Positions 38,664 to 50,772 of a stretch of 64,000 bases of DNA are shown one piece after another. The stretch's first letter is position 1. Each line of letters starts with the position of its first letter. Under the pieces are notes generated by a model, which was given only the letters and a program-made list of their open reading frames with translations, was not told the origin of the DNA and did no database searches. The stretch spans positions 13,302,948 through 13,366,947 of the forward strand of contig NC_092673.1 of assembly GCF_964355755.1 (NCBI RefSeq), in the 5' to 3' direction. The DNA comes from Antedon mediterranea. Lineage: Eukaryota; Animalia; Echinodermata. A program made the translations under genes and the position numbers.

Positions 38664-41600
38664 ATGGAAGCGTCAACACCTTCAACATCTAAATCGGGTC
38701 GTCCCCGCTTAGTTTTGACGGATTCTACGAAAAAAAGAAAGATACATGAACGCCGCGACAACACGAGGGTATCCTTATTATCCTCGTTTGACCGATGGAA
38801 AGAGTTACAAAAATCACTTGGGCTAGCAGGCAAAGGCAGTGACGCTATGTTGGCCGAGACGCTGATGGATTTCTGGTAAGTAGCCTAGTTTAGGCCTAGA
38901 GTAGAGGCTAGGCTAACTGATTATGATGTTTCACGATCGGTACAAATTTAGTTTTTTCCCCCATTAAAATGATAGATAAAGTAATTAATAAATTTCTTGA
39001 CTTTTGATATATCGGTGTCTCTTGATTGACTTTATACCAATTTACGACTAATTTCCATATAAAACGAAGCCTACACAGTGTCGGTAGGCCTAGGCTAGAG
39101 CTACTAGCTAGAGCATAGCCCTATATAAGAATTAATAGAAACACATTAAACTCCAGCCTTTGGCTATGGTTGGCCTAGCTAGGTCTGCTATAAGTAGTAA
39201 TCTAGGTCATTTAAATTGTAATTAGGTATCCTGTTGTGAATTGTTTACACAAACACTAACAGTGTCCTTGTAACATAAATCTGCTTCATAGACTGCTATA
39301 CACTTTACAGTTTCTAGATGGCCTTGTATTTTTGTACCACTGGACACCAGTGGTTAAGAGGTCATAAATAATCAGAATTGATGATTAAGAGCCTTTTTTG
39401 TAATATAACACCTGAATGAGGCTCTCAAGGGGATTGTACACATAATGAATAGGAGGTACTGTATAAAATTAGACCTCCATGCATAATGTTTGAAGGCCCA
39501 TGATCTAACACCAGGGCATATTCTATCTAACTAGTAGGCTAGACCTAGTAGTAATTTAGCTATCTGATAAAATGATATTAATATTAATTGGCTCTATAAT
39601 TGAATTCCTTTCATCAACAGGCTCAAACATCATCAATCTATATCAAAATTGGAATGCCAACAGGAAACTGTGTCTACACCATTAAAATCAAAGGAAATTG
39701 ATATGCTTCCCCGTTTTGCCGATTCAGATGGATCTTCATTGTCCTCCATTTCCGTAGCACAGTCATTGGAAAGGTATTTTGTCACTGTCTAAGAATGTAT
39801 ATTTTATAAAGTAATTCATGACAATGATGTGTTTGTACTGTAAATTTTCATATTTTTAGCAATCAACAACACATGATAGTTGGTTGTGAAGAGCAAGATA
39901 GCTCAACAACTGCGGATTGTTCGCAAGATGTATCTGGTGTTAAGGAAATAACTGTAGACATAACTAACTCCTGTGATGCATCATGGGTGCCTGGAGAAGA
40001 TGACCTTGATGAATTTCGAGTTGACATGTCTCTGAGGTAAATTGTTTTATATCTTTACTTTATGAACAACAACAACTAGTTTTTCTTTAATAGAAAGCAA
40101 ATAATATAAATGTTTTTATGTACAGAAATTCTGGACCTCTGGATGTTGAGGACTTATTCACCCTGCATGAAATAAATATTCAAGAGATGGGAAAAGATGA
40201 AGATACTGAAGATAAGGAAACAAGCCCCCATCGAAGAAACCTAACTTGTTTTGAAGATACAAAACACCTAACAGCGGGAATTGTCTATGACACATGTCTG
40301 TCAGACCTTGTAAATATCAAGGTACCTGCGACTTGTCCCAAATGTGATGCAGACCAAATACAGGCACACTTTGAAAAAGTTGGCACAGCAATAAATGTAA
40401 AATGGGTAAGTTTAAATAAGCACATATATAGCACTTACTGAGTCATGTATGCACACGTTCCATGAAAACCAAAATGGATGAACGAGCAATTTTTTAATGA
40501 GAGGAGAGTTTGTCATGCAATGATCGAGATTGCATCCGATTTTACTTTGTTTGTTTTTTAAACAAATACATCCACAGATATGTCCACAACAACATGTTGT
40601 TCAGCGATGGTATTCTCAACCAAGATTCCGAAACATGAATTACGGAGACTTCATTTTAAGTATGAATATTCTACTCAGTGGCAACAATTTCACTAAAGTG
40701 GAACAACTGCTAAAATTTTGTAGATGGGGTTCAGTCTCCAAGAGCACCCACTACAGGATACAACTGTTATATGGCTGCCCATCTATTGAAAACTGTTGGA
40801 CAGAAACAAACAACAACATCATCCAGAAGAACCTTTCCAAAGAAACAGTTGTAATTGGTAATGTTTGTATATTCATAATTTGTAATAAGACCTTAAATGT
40901 ATAATGAAAACGTATACATTTCATTGTGTGAACATGTCAAGGATTAATATTAAAACTAGGCTTATATATTATTTTTGAATAATGAAGTATTTTTGTCATT
41001 CAGGAGATGGCAGAAATGACTCGCCAGGTCACAGTGCTCAATACCTGACCTACACATTAATGGACCATGACTCGCATGACATTCTGGCACAACATATTGT
41101 GGACAAAAGAGAAGCAGACTTAAAGAGTCCAAACATGGAATTGCTTGGGTTAATTAAGTGCCTGTCATCATTGCATGACAAAAATGTCAATGTCTGTGAA
41201 CTTGTCACAGATGCTCACATCCAGATAGCTGCATATATGCGTGAGTTTTTATTATACGATACGAGAAAAGTTTATTGCAATCTCAAATAAAACATTTAAA
41301 ATTGAAGTTTCAGAAAAATAATTATGAAAATATGCCATGATTGTTGTAATTGAAGGTATTTCTGTACACTTTAATAACATTACAAATCTAATGTCTATAA
41401 TTGTAATTACAGGACGACATTATAGTACGGGTGAAAGGGCCATTAAACACCAGTTTGATGTCTGGCATGGTAGTAAGAACTTAGTGAAGAAGTTGTCTGA
41501 GGTATGTTGCATTGTCAATTGTACATACTGTATTGGTTTTTACATCATAACAGACATTAAAAATAAACATCTGAAATCACTGGAATTTTGAATTGTCCAA

Positions 41601-43081
41601 TAACAAGCGCCATTCCTAGTTTGCTTGTTTACTTTGAATTGTGCATTAATGAAATCTTTTATACTATAATATATTTCAGTTAAACATTAATTTCATTAAT
41701 TATTATTACCAAAAACAGGCAGCAGAACATAAAGACAATAAGTCATTAATACCATGGATACAGCCACTGGTTAACCATTTCTGGTACTCGTGTCAAGTGG
41801 CAAAAGGTGACATCCAAGTGCTACAGGTCTTTTTCTTTCAATATCTTATGCATGAACTACTGCATGTAAACAAATTCAGAAGGAGATGAGGTAAATGAGA
41901 TTGATAGGCTGACGAATCAACTCATATTATTCCAAAGATGTGCTATAACTATAACTCTAATATCAGTGTTTGTGATTACAGAAAACCCTTTATTCATCAC
42001 TTCATCATGTTGCTGGGGAGCATGTATGGGCAACTGGGAACTGTAGTCACATCAGCATAGAAAATGTTGATGGAAGGGAAACAATCCGGGACAATGAAGA
42101 GCCGAACAGTGACAGACCCTATTTAACAAGAGGATCATCGGCAGCTATAGCTCTTGACCGTGTGTTGTACAACTCCCGCTTTGTCAACAATTTACCAAAA
42201 TATGTAAACTTCAGGTAAGCTAAAGTAAATAATTGGAAAAACCTTATTGCATTTCTACTTTTATTTCAATTCTGAAAAAAAAAATATTCTTTTGTTCATA
42301 AAAATTTGTTGCAAATATACTGACATTATAATTTACACAATTTGCAGACATACCATAATATAATCCTAGCCTATGCATCTAAACGACAGAGTTTTCAGTA
42401 AGTTTATCATGGTTTTGTATTACAAAATAATTACCATTTAATATAAAAATACATACAGGTATATACAATGCCAATAAATTAACTACAATATTTTATACAT
42501 ATTTTAGATACACAGCTTTCAGGGCAAGAAATCGTTTAGCTGCATTAGATTTCCAAATGCACAAAGACAGAATACAGAAGTGTGGTGCAGATGGAAACCC
42601 ATTGTAAGAATATTTATTTATCTTTATTCTAGGTAGTTTGAACACGACAATTGCATGAAATATGTAATACAACAAATATACCAAAAAAAATACAATTTTA
42701 ATAATAAACAAATATTTAATCTGTTCTTTTTAAATACAAAACCTGAACATTATCATTAAGTTTTTCATTTCCAACCAATACTGTATTACATTTACTATCA
42801 GATATGAAATAATAATTTTCTTTGTCAGATGGCACAAGCACTACAACAAGAAGTCAAACAGTTGGTCTGCAGAGAAGGTGTTAGTTGAGAAGGACTTTGC
42901 ATACATACAACAAATACAGGAAAAAATCATAGAGGCAAGACTTCAAGACAATGAGAGTATTTACAGAAATACGGAAAGGGAATCAGGCGATCCACGACAA
43001 TTGAGGCAGACAATTACCAAAGTCCTACCACCATCTACAACAGATTTAGTGAAGCAACATAAATCTAGATTCGATAAGTGA
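38664..43081 (+). pseudogene. Kolobok DDE transposase, 12 exons, one frameshift in exon 10
   Basis: Exons 38664-38875, 39621-39773, 39860-40036, 40126-40405, 40578-40857, 41004-41240, 41413-41501, 41719-41826, 41982-42214, 42348-42397, 42508-42603, 42829-43081 all join GT-AG in frame except within exon 10. Motifs GDGRNDSPGHSAQY, VTDAH, HQFDVWH, WIQPLVNHFW, ARNRLAALD. Confidence 0.88.
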
Positions 43082-43087
43082 GATAGT

Positions 43088-44603
43088 TTACATTTGTACA
43101 TTCGGTTGGAAACCTCTATAAACACCTGTAGGTGATGGGAATTCATTCCGGATTCGCCAAACACAACAAGATGGTATGATTCGTCTGTCGCCTTTCATCA
43201 GGCGTTGATGCCGCCAATATACAAACAGTCTGTATGCATGATGCCGGTTAGATTTGTTGGCTTCCTCTGGTTCCAAATCTGTTAATTGTCTGAAGTCTCT
43301 CAGCATAGCTCTTGAGAATGCCAACTGCATCTCATCTAATACATACAGTGCCATTGTCTAATAAGATTTTACAAATAAAAATTTGTTTCAAATATAACTC
43401 TTTTTTTTTTTATAACTTGCATGGATGCAAGTGGATGGATGAGATAGAACCAAATTATTATATTTTAAACTTTAAATAATTTTGTACAGGCCATTATTTA
43501 CCTCTTCTTTTGATAAGCAGTATTCAGGTCGTAAATTGCAACACATCTTTTCTAGGTCAGATGGCATTTCCCGGCAATTCTTACAAATGCACCATTCTGG
43601 GGCCTCATGTAGTGCTTTTGGGATATCGTCGTTTGATTTGTCTGATTTATCTGATAATTTTTGTAAAACATCAATGACCATAGCTTGATTATGCTGCAGA
43701 CATTCAAACATCAGGTCTTTCAAGTCATTCAGTTCTAACTCATCAATCATTTTCTGAAAAATTAATCATTATTTTACAAGTTTGAATATTTTGATATATT
43801 CAATATGTATCATTTTAAAGGTTGATAAAAGTTAACTCACTTTATATTTTTCCATTCTTGTTCGCCGAATTAACTGCACTCTGTCGACATCTTCGGATGA
43901 AATGCGAACCCCAAGTATAACTTTGTCTTTCTTTTGTTTGTCTGATATACAAAATTAATTATCTACAGTACTACAAAATTGATTATTTATTGTACTTTAT
44001 TATGTATGCTATTGGGACATATGTAATACAAAATAAAAACATAGTTTTTTTCCTTATATTTTGGTAAATCAAACATTGTATTCAATTTGGAATACAGCAG
44101 TTGTAATGTATATATTATATGTACTTAATTTACCTTTTTTGTGTGTTTTCAGCTTGGGCACAGCTTTCTTTTTGGGCACAGCTTTCTTTTTTGGCACATC
44201 TTTCTTTTTAGGCACAGCTTTCTTTCTAGGCACATCTTCAGTCACTGAAATTAAAATTTAATATAATTTTTAATAATGTACGAACTTACCTTTTGGTGGT
44301 GCTTTTGGCTGGGACAAAGCTTGCTTTTTGGAAGCACCTTCAGCCACTGAAATTGTAATTTATTAAAATGACTGAACATTTTAAATTGTTGTTAATTACG
44401 TTTAAATTTGATATTGCTTCTAGTGAGGGCCCCAGTTGTTGTTGTTGTCATATAATTATAAGTAACTGAATAAATGTGTATATATTTACAGTTGGCATAG
44501 ATCATGTACTGTATAGCTCTGTAATTACAATACTAAAAAATACCTTTTTATCGTGCTTTCGACTTTGCAGCTTCTCCTTTCTTTTTGGACGCATCTTTAG
44601 TTA
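43088..44603 (-). CDS. KolX / P2X7-ballast-like protein, multi-exon (first exon uncertain, possibly near 45640-45750)
   Basis: PEWCICKNCREMPSDLEKMCC; RHHAYRLFVYWRHQRLMKGDRRIIPSCCVWRIRNEFPSPTGVYRGF; Lys-rich upstream exons. Confidence 0.8.
44150..44236 (-). repeat. 18-bp coding tandem repeat (VPKKKA-like units)
   Basis: Four to five copies of GGCACA(G/T)CTTTCTTT(T/C)T(A/G/T) on the + strand. Confidence 0.8.
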
Positions 44604-46504
44604 CTGAAATTTAATAAAATGTGTCAGTCAATCAATAACTATGTCAACTAACTTGACATATACCATGTTTGATAATTATTGGCCTATTAATATTATTTGG
44701 TTGACATTTAAAACAAACCATGACAGAAAAAGTAAGGCAAGCCATTACGATTCTATATTTCGATTTAAATGTCTGGATTCAGTTTTATATTATTTATATT
44801 ATTGTTAGAATTTATAATTTAGATTTGATAATTTGAAACTTTGTTCCATTTTTAGAAGTATTCTTGTACTGCATTTTATGTTATAAATTGTTGGTATCCC
44901 ACCAACTGTAAGCTCATTGAAATGTGTGGACAAAAACAAATTCTTGTATGACTGTAATGTTACCTTTAGTAGGTGTTTCACCCATTTCAAAATCATCAAA
45001 GTACGATGGACTTTTTGGTTTTCTTTTTCTATGATCCATCTAATAAAAAAGATAGTAGCCCTAATTAAAATGAATTGTTGTATAATAATAAATATAGACA
45101 TTAACAAATGTACCTTGTGAAATAAAAAGGTACTAGGTCCTAGGCCTACTAGTTCTACTCTAATAGGCCTAGATTCCTAGCTAGCTACAGTAGTAGTAGT
45201 AGTAGTACTAGTAGCCTAGGCCAATTTCTGACGCATCATGAAGAAAATGAATAATAAATTAGCCCCTATTTTAGTTATTATGTATATGATTTTACTAAAA
45301 AAATTAAGCAAATCTGGGATAAATGTTAATGGTATACATCCACTTGGGCACTTAGTTATCCCTACCGCTATGCCGTCAAGGCCGTTGACCACTACTATTC
45401 GCCGATGAGTATAGCCTAGCCTAATACTGTACTACTCTAAAGACTAGGCTATGCTCTAGTCCTACGACCGGCCACGGGACAAACGTAACAGGAATTAGCC
45501 TACAATACATGATCAACGATGGTTGAAAACTATGCAATTTACACAGCTCCTCAGATTTGTTTTAACAAGTTAGAAGTAGAGCTTATATGTACAAATAATA
45601 TAATTCAATACGTACATTTATCAGGCTAGGCCTAGGCTGTGTACACCACGTACAATCAGGTCGCGTCCACGGTCGGCTTCTCGTCGCTTGTTGAAAATGT
45701 TTATGCTGCGTCGCGTTGTGTCACACACACCACCACTAGCACACACACACACATGTAGCATTTGAACGGATGCGATTGTTCGACGAGTAACGGTTTGTTG
45801 AGAAAATTCATTCACGGACTACATTTTCGGGTGCAAGTTTTTCTCATTTTTTCACAATTAACCATAAAACGTACATTTAAGACGCGAAATGGCATGGTTT
45901 AATGTTTTTAAAGTGATATATATGTATTATTTTCCAAAAAACGTCCAAAATTGCAGGGAAAGGGTCTTTAAAAGGAGAGACTGCTAAGCGTACTGCTGTG
46001 TACTAAGTTCTTGGAAAGTAAATACTAGCAACGGAAACCCACAAACATTTTTGGAATACACAAATGGTTGGATCCGAAAACAAAGTCGAGGTGGACTATT
46101 TCATGTCAAAGATAATGTTTACCTTTTTTTTTTTAAAACACTTGAACTTGAAACTAAAAAACATAACAAAGATGAATGCAATGATAAACAAAAATATTAA
46201 ATCTCGATTTACATACGTTTCGTATATGTTTCGTATAGGAAGTCCACTTTGTATACGAAATGTATACGTCAATTCAGAAGTTCCAGCCCCCATAATAAAC
46301 ATATACGAACCGTATACGATCATTTATAAACAATTTCCTAATTATACGATCCGTATACCAGGGAGTTACAACTCTCTGCATATACGACGACAAACTGCAT
46401 CGCATTACCAAGCGAAAAGGGACTGTCCCTCTTTTTACAAGACAACGATAGCATACGTTTACGATGGCAGGAGCATCTTGACTTCAATAATTAGTGTACA
46501 ATTT

Positions 46505-47340
46505 GTTTGTTTTTTTCAGTCGGTATATGTACATTAAATTCCCTATGATGAATATACCTTACCTTGACCTTTAGTTCATAGTTTTCGCAAATGAAAAAAA
46601 TTGGTGCTGTATTTTACGAGAGGTTGTTTTTCTAGCAAGCATAAAAACCCACCCAGGCTGTTCTGCCTTGTTTATCCCCTCTGCTATTTCTTTACCTTTT
46701 GTATGTTCCATTAATAAGTGAATCACACAAAATGTGCTGTCATTAATTTGAAAGTGCTATAAATAATATTAATGTACTTGGAAATAAATAAATAAATATT
46801 AAATTGGGCCCGCAGTATATTAAATTTAAAACGAGTAAGTAAAATCCATAAATTACGATTTAATAAAAATGTAGAATACATGTGGCTCCCTATTATTTAT
46901 ATACATGGAATGATCCAAATAAATTCGCCCAAAACGTGCCTGTGTGTGTGCTGTATGCATGCATGCATCACATGGATGGATCAGATTTCATTCATTTTCA
47001 ATCATCATTGTTGATTTTTTGGCTACGGGTTTTAACTCATAATAAAATAAAAAAATGGGATGTAGGCCTAGTTACAGTAGGCCCAAGTAGATAGTAAATT
47101 CGATGACTTCTAGCTAGCTAGGCTATAGGCATATTATAATTGTATAGATCGAATATGCAGTAAATAGCTACTGCAGCAGCTCTAGTAAACTAAGAGTAAC
47201 TAGGCCTGGGAAAAATAGGCTTAGGAAACGAGTCTGTGGTACACTCATTGTGAAAATAAGCTAGCTAGCTTTACCCCATATATTAGATTTGGTTATATTG
47301 TATTATTTTAATAACCTACTCTAGCTAGTAGTATATCAAC
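46505..47340 (+). repeat. Dispersed repeat homologous to ~24105-24920
   Basis: Shared TTTTCAGTCxGTATATGTACATTAAATTCCCTAT ... TATTATTTTAATAACCTACTC...AGTATATCAAC. Confidence 0.75.
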
Positions 47341-47819
47341 AACAATATTTCATTCTTATTTTCTAGATCAGGTTATACATTTCTTTACTCCACACAAGCA
47401 AATTCGTCTATAGAGGTCGGAGATTTTCACAGCGTGTGTCGGTACGTTAGTCTATACACAATTGATTCGCGAGTACAAATCGGAGTTACTGGAGCGGAAA
47501 ACCGTAACGTTGTAGCATAGGGGATAATTGGATTACAATTGTTTATAAACATTAAACGATCTTGAGAGATCTCCTTTTATTTTTTCCTCCATGGTATTAC
47601 TACAACTACGCCTCGTGTATATTTTATAAACTATAAAAATAAGTTTACACAAACCGTTTCCAATGTGTACGACAATACCAATGAAGATCAGGTGGTGGTA
47701 AGTTTTTATCACATTGGTCTAATATCGTTATCCCCAATACCGTATTTTTATTTCCGTTTTCTGTATTCAAATAAAAGTTAAGACTAAACTATTAACACAT
47801 TTTCTTTATTGTATTGTAG

Positions 47820-48783
47820 ATAGATGTCGTACATGAAGAAAGAGACTTCGGTAACATTTGTGAATGACTTGCTGCAACATTTGAGCTTCCCTCACTGGCT
47901 GATTACATATCTATAGCCGATAAAGATGCAGGTGTTGCCAAAGAGCTAGAGCACAGCGAGACCATCGACCTACTGTAGTGTTAGATGAGGAATCAGACTC
48001 AGAAGAAAAAGAGGTGGACGCACAGCCAAGACAGACAATTTTACAACTTTACAGGAGATGTTTTCTATTGTGGACACAATAAGACGCTACAATCGATCGA
48101 TTGTGAATCTGCCTGATGAAATTTCCATTATAGCCGACCGATATGAAGCCTTTTTAATGAAGGAATCGCATAAAAAGTTAATGCAGAAATCAATTACTGA
48201 TTTTTTTAAATAAAGATTGAAAAGTGTTACGTATACTGTCAAAAATGTATACTGTGTTGCTCCTTTTTTCGACTTCCATTTTTGTGTGAAATAAAATAAA
48301 AATACATACTGTACCTGTATTCAATTCCTTCTGAAAATATATTAGTCGGCGAGGATTGGACCGAGAAACTTAACGTCATGTGGATTGCGCTTCAAAAGCT
48401 GTATTTAACACATCGTTGGCGCCCACTTTGCACTCAGCTTTCTGTACGCTCGAGTCTACCGGAATTGCGCTAGTAATGGCTATTGTGGGCCGGTCGAACC
48501 ATAGAGGAATGGGTGAACAGACATCAAATTAATTAAAGAAATTATTGGTACAGCAATGAGGGTAGATAAACAAAAGGTAAATTATGTGTAATGACATTTG
48601 GAAACTATCACGTTTTGTTAAGTCTATTCGTCTACTGCAGGCTAGGCCCTGGCTGGATTCCAGCAAAGTGGTAGCATAGGCCTACTTTTCTGTTAAAAAA
48701 ATCATGGATCTCTAAGCCAAAATTTGCACAAGTCAAACCTTTTGATCGGTCCCATAAGATTCAACTTAGGCGGAGTTGACTAC
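47820..48783 (+). pseudogene. Tigger-like transposase 3' end and probable right terminus
   Basis: Acidic region, then KKLMQKSITDFFK* (QxxIxxFF tail typical of Tigger/pogo) ending ~48213; TIR-like TTCAACTTAGGCGGAGTTGACT near 48760-48782. Confidence 0.5.
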
Positions 48784-49119
48784 TTTTATAAATAGAGAAA
48801 TAGATAAAGTAGGCCTAGTACATAATACAGTATTTCAGGACAGAATAAACAACGAACAGAAATATTAATTTATGTCTTTGATTGTTCAGGTACAGTACAG
48901 AAAGAAAGTACTGCAAGTTTTAAATTACTAAAAAATAAATAATATTTTTTAATCGTCGTGCGTGTTTACCTACTCAACAGCGAATAAAAATATAAATTTC
49001 CCCCGAAGTAAACGTAGAGACACAATCCAACACAAGTGAACGTCAACGAACAGGCCAACTAATAAACATATATAGCGAACGTCCAGTCCATCCAGAAACG
49101 ATGCCGAGAAAAAAAGATC

Positions 49120-49385
49120 ATGGCAATTCATTCTAAAATATAGTCAGAACGTTCAATCGGTCGCTCAAAAAAACTGCCGACAGAAGACCGTAATTACAGA
49201 CCTAGTTTTTTTTTTGTCACATGGCATGAAACGCGATACTCTCTGCTTTACCGCAATCTTTCACATGTTTTTTTAAACTCAGTATGAGAGGGTGGCTGGA
49301 TTTTGTGTCACATGACATGAAACATAATACTCTCTCTACCCAAAACTGCTCACATGTTTTTCCCCTCCAAATTCTGGTCGGGCTT
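49120..49385 (-). repeat. Dispersed repeat, inverted homolog of ~23480-23780
   Basis: TCAGAACGTTCAxTCGGTCGCTCAAAAA..CTGCCGACAGAAGACCGTAAT is the reverse complement of 23703-23752. Confidence 0.75.
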
Positions 49386-50329
49386 TTCTCTTTACACATG
49401 TCGTAGGCCTAATCATTTTAAAAGATTTCCGTCAAAATTATTTGAATGTAAAAGAAATAAAATTACAAACAAATACATGCGTTATTTATTTAATAAACAT
49501 TTTTGCGAATTTTTATAGTTTTTTGAATTTGGCTAAAGGATTTTCAATTTGGCTAATGTTTTTCAAAACCTTTCACCATTTTGGCGAACTAAAATTTGAC
49601 CTCAGCGCGAGCGTAGCGTCATTATTTAATTACTTACTATTCACATGATTCTGTTATTAAAGATTTGGTAGAAATCGCCAAAACACATAATGTTTCCCAC
49701 AAAATAAAATATGTGGCTGAAGTGAAAACCACAGCACATGGATTGGTGCTAGAGGCCCTCCGAGCAGACGAAGAGGTGTACGAGGCAAGATACCTACAAT
49801 TATGTTCATGTGCCTCAGAATTGTTGCCAGGTGAGGTAGGAGATGTAACAACAATAATGCAGGTGGTTGTTGCCCTCATCTCAATAATTCAAACCAAAGG
49901 GCTCTCAATTGAAGAAGTAAAAGAAACTATAAGTTTAAAACCATCGCATCTTCAACTCACAAGAAAATGTGAAGGGTAAACTAAAAGTTGAAACAACTTC
50001 ACTCACTTATAAAGACATGGAACATTACGTCCAGGCAAGTGGTGGAATGACCAGGTAGGTTTGTCACCAAGTGACCACCATTGAGAGGCCCACTGTGTTG
50101 AAATTCGATATTAAAAAATGTAACTAAAGAGATAATAAGTTATAATTTAATGTAACAATAAATAATTTACAAATATTTGAGTTTACCAAGTTTCGATCAT
50201 TATAATTAAACATTTTTATTTAATTGCAGGTTATCCATGCCTATCTTAACCTGCTAAAGAACGAAAATAGTGACCAGCTCTTTGTCCTGCCTAGCCTTGA
50301 AATGGGGAAGCAAACAATATGGAGATTTT

Positions 50330-50677
50330 ATTTATATATTTTTTTTAAATTTTATGTCTTTAGGCAATGTGGCCAAGGATTACCAATAGTGAATTAATCA
50401 CTGTCCTATCAGATAGGTGGTAATCCCTCTGATACAGTGGGCTATTTTGTGAACCAGTTCACCGGGGTAACCCCCTACTCTTTTCGAATAATGAACTGGG
50501 CTCTTTAAAGTGCACACAGGTTATAATTGTGTACACTGGACCTACGGTTTATAGTTCTTATCCGAGAAGACTTGTTCCACCACCAGAACTAGGAGCGAGT
50601 CGGCCTCGAACCCATGCCGATATTGTTGGCTCTTTAGGTACGGTAAACGGCGCCCCTGTCTTAACCGCTCGGCCATT
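50330..50677 (-). mobile_element. tRNA-derived SINE (Nin-domain-like core)
   Basis: Minus strand starts ATGGCCGAGCGGTTAAGAC (A box), then GGGTTCGAGGCC (B box), core GTCTTCTCGGATAAG..TAAACCGTAGGTCC..TTCGAAAAGAGTAGGGG and an A-rich tail. Confidence 0.7.
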
Positions 50678-50772
50678 TGAAAAGGTAACGTTGGTGTTTA
50701 ACTATTAGCAGTACTGTCGATCATTATTAACTTTACATGTTATATATTTTACAATTATTTTTATTATTTTAA

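Larger units (their letters stand above)
38364..45967. mobile_element. Near full-length Kolobok DNA transposon
   Basis: TTAA TSD (38360-38363, 45968-45971); TIR AGCCCCATTCCCTAC vs AGACCCTTTCCCTGC (12/15); two convergent genes. Confidence 0.92.
36998..46190 (+). pseudogene. Decayed spliced gene with YxAGYV...RGGL domain (P/THAP9 C-terminal-like), split by Kolobok (36998-38363 + 45968-46190)
   Basis: LRYTAGYVPFALHKSYSKL ends at the TTAA target; after the element reads KGETAK...WIRKQSRGGLFHVKDNVYLFF. Confidence 0.6.

Noticed and set aside
46064-46537. 157-aa ORF
   Set aside because: Off-frame chimera of a pseudogene end and TATACG-rich repeat sequence
50590-50677. Functional tRNA gene
   Set aside because: A and B boxes are followed by a SINE core and tail, and I could not form a cloverleaf
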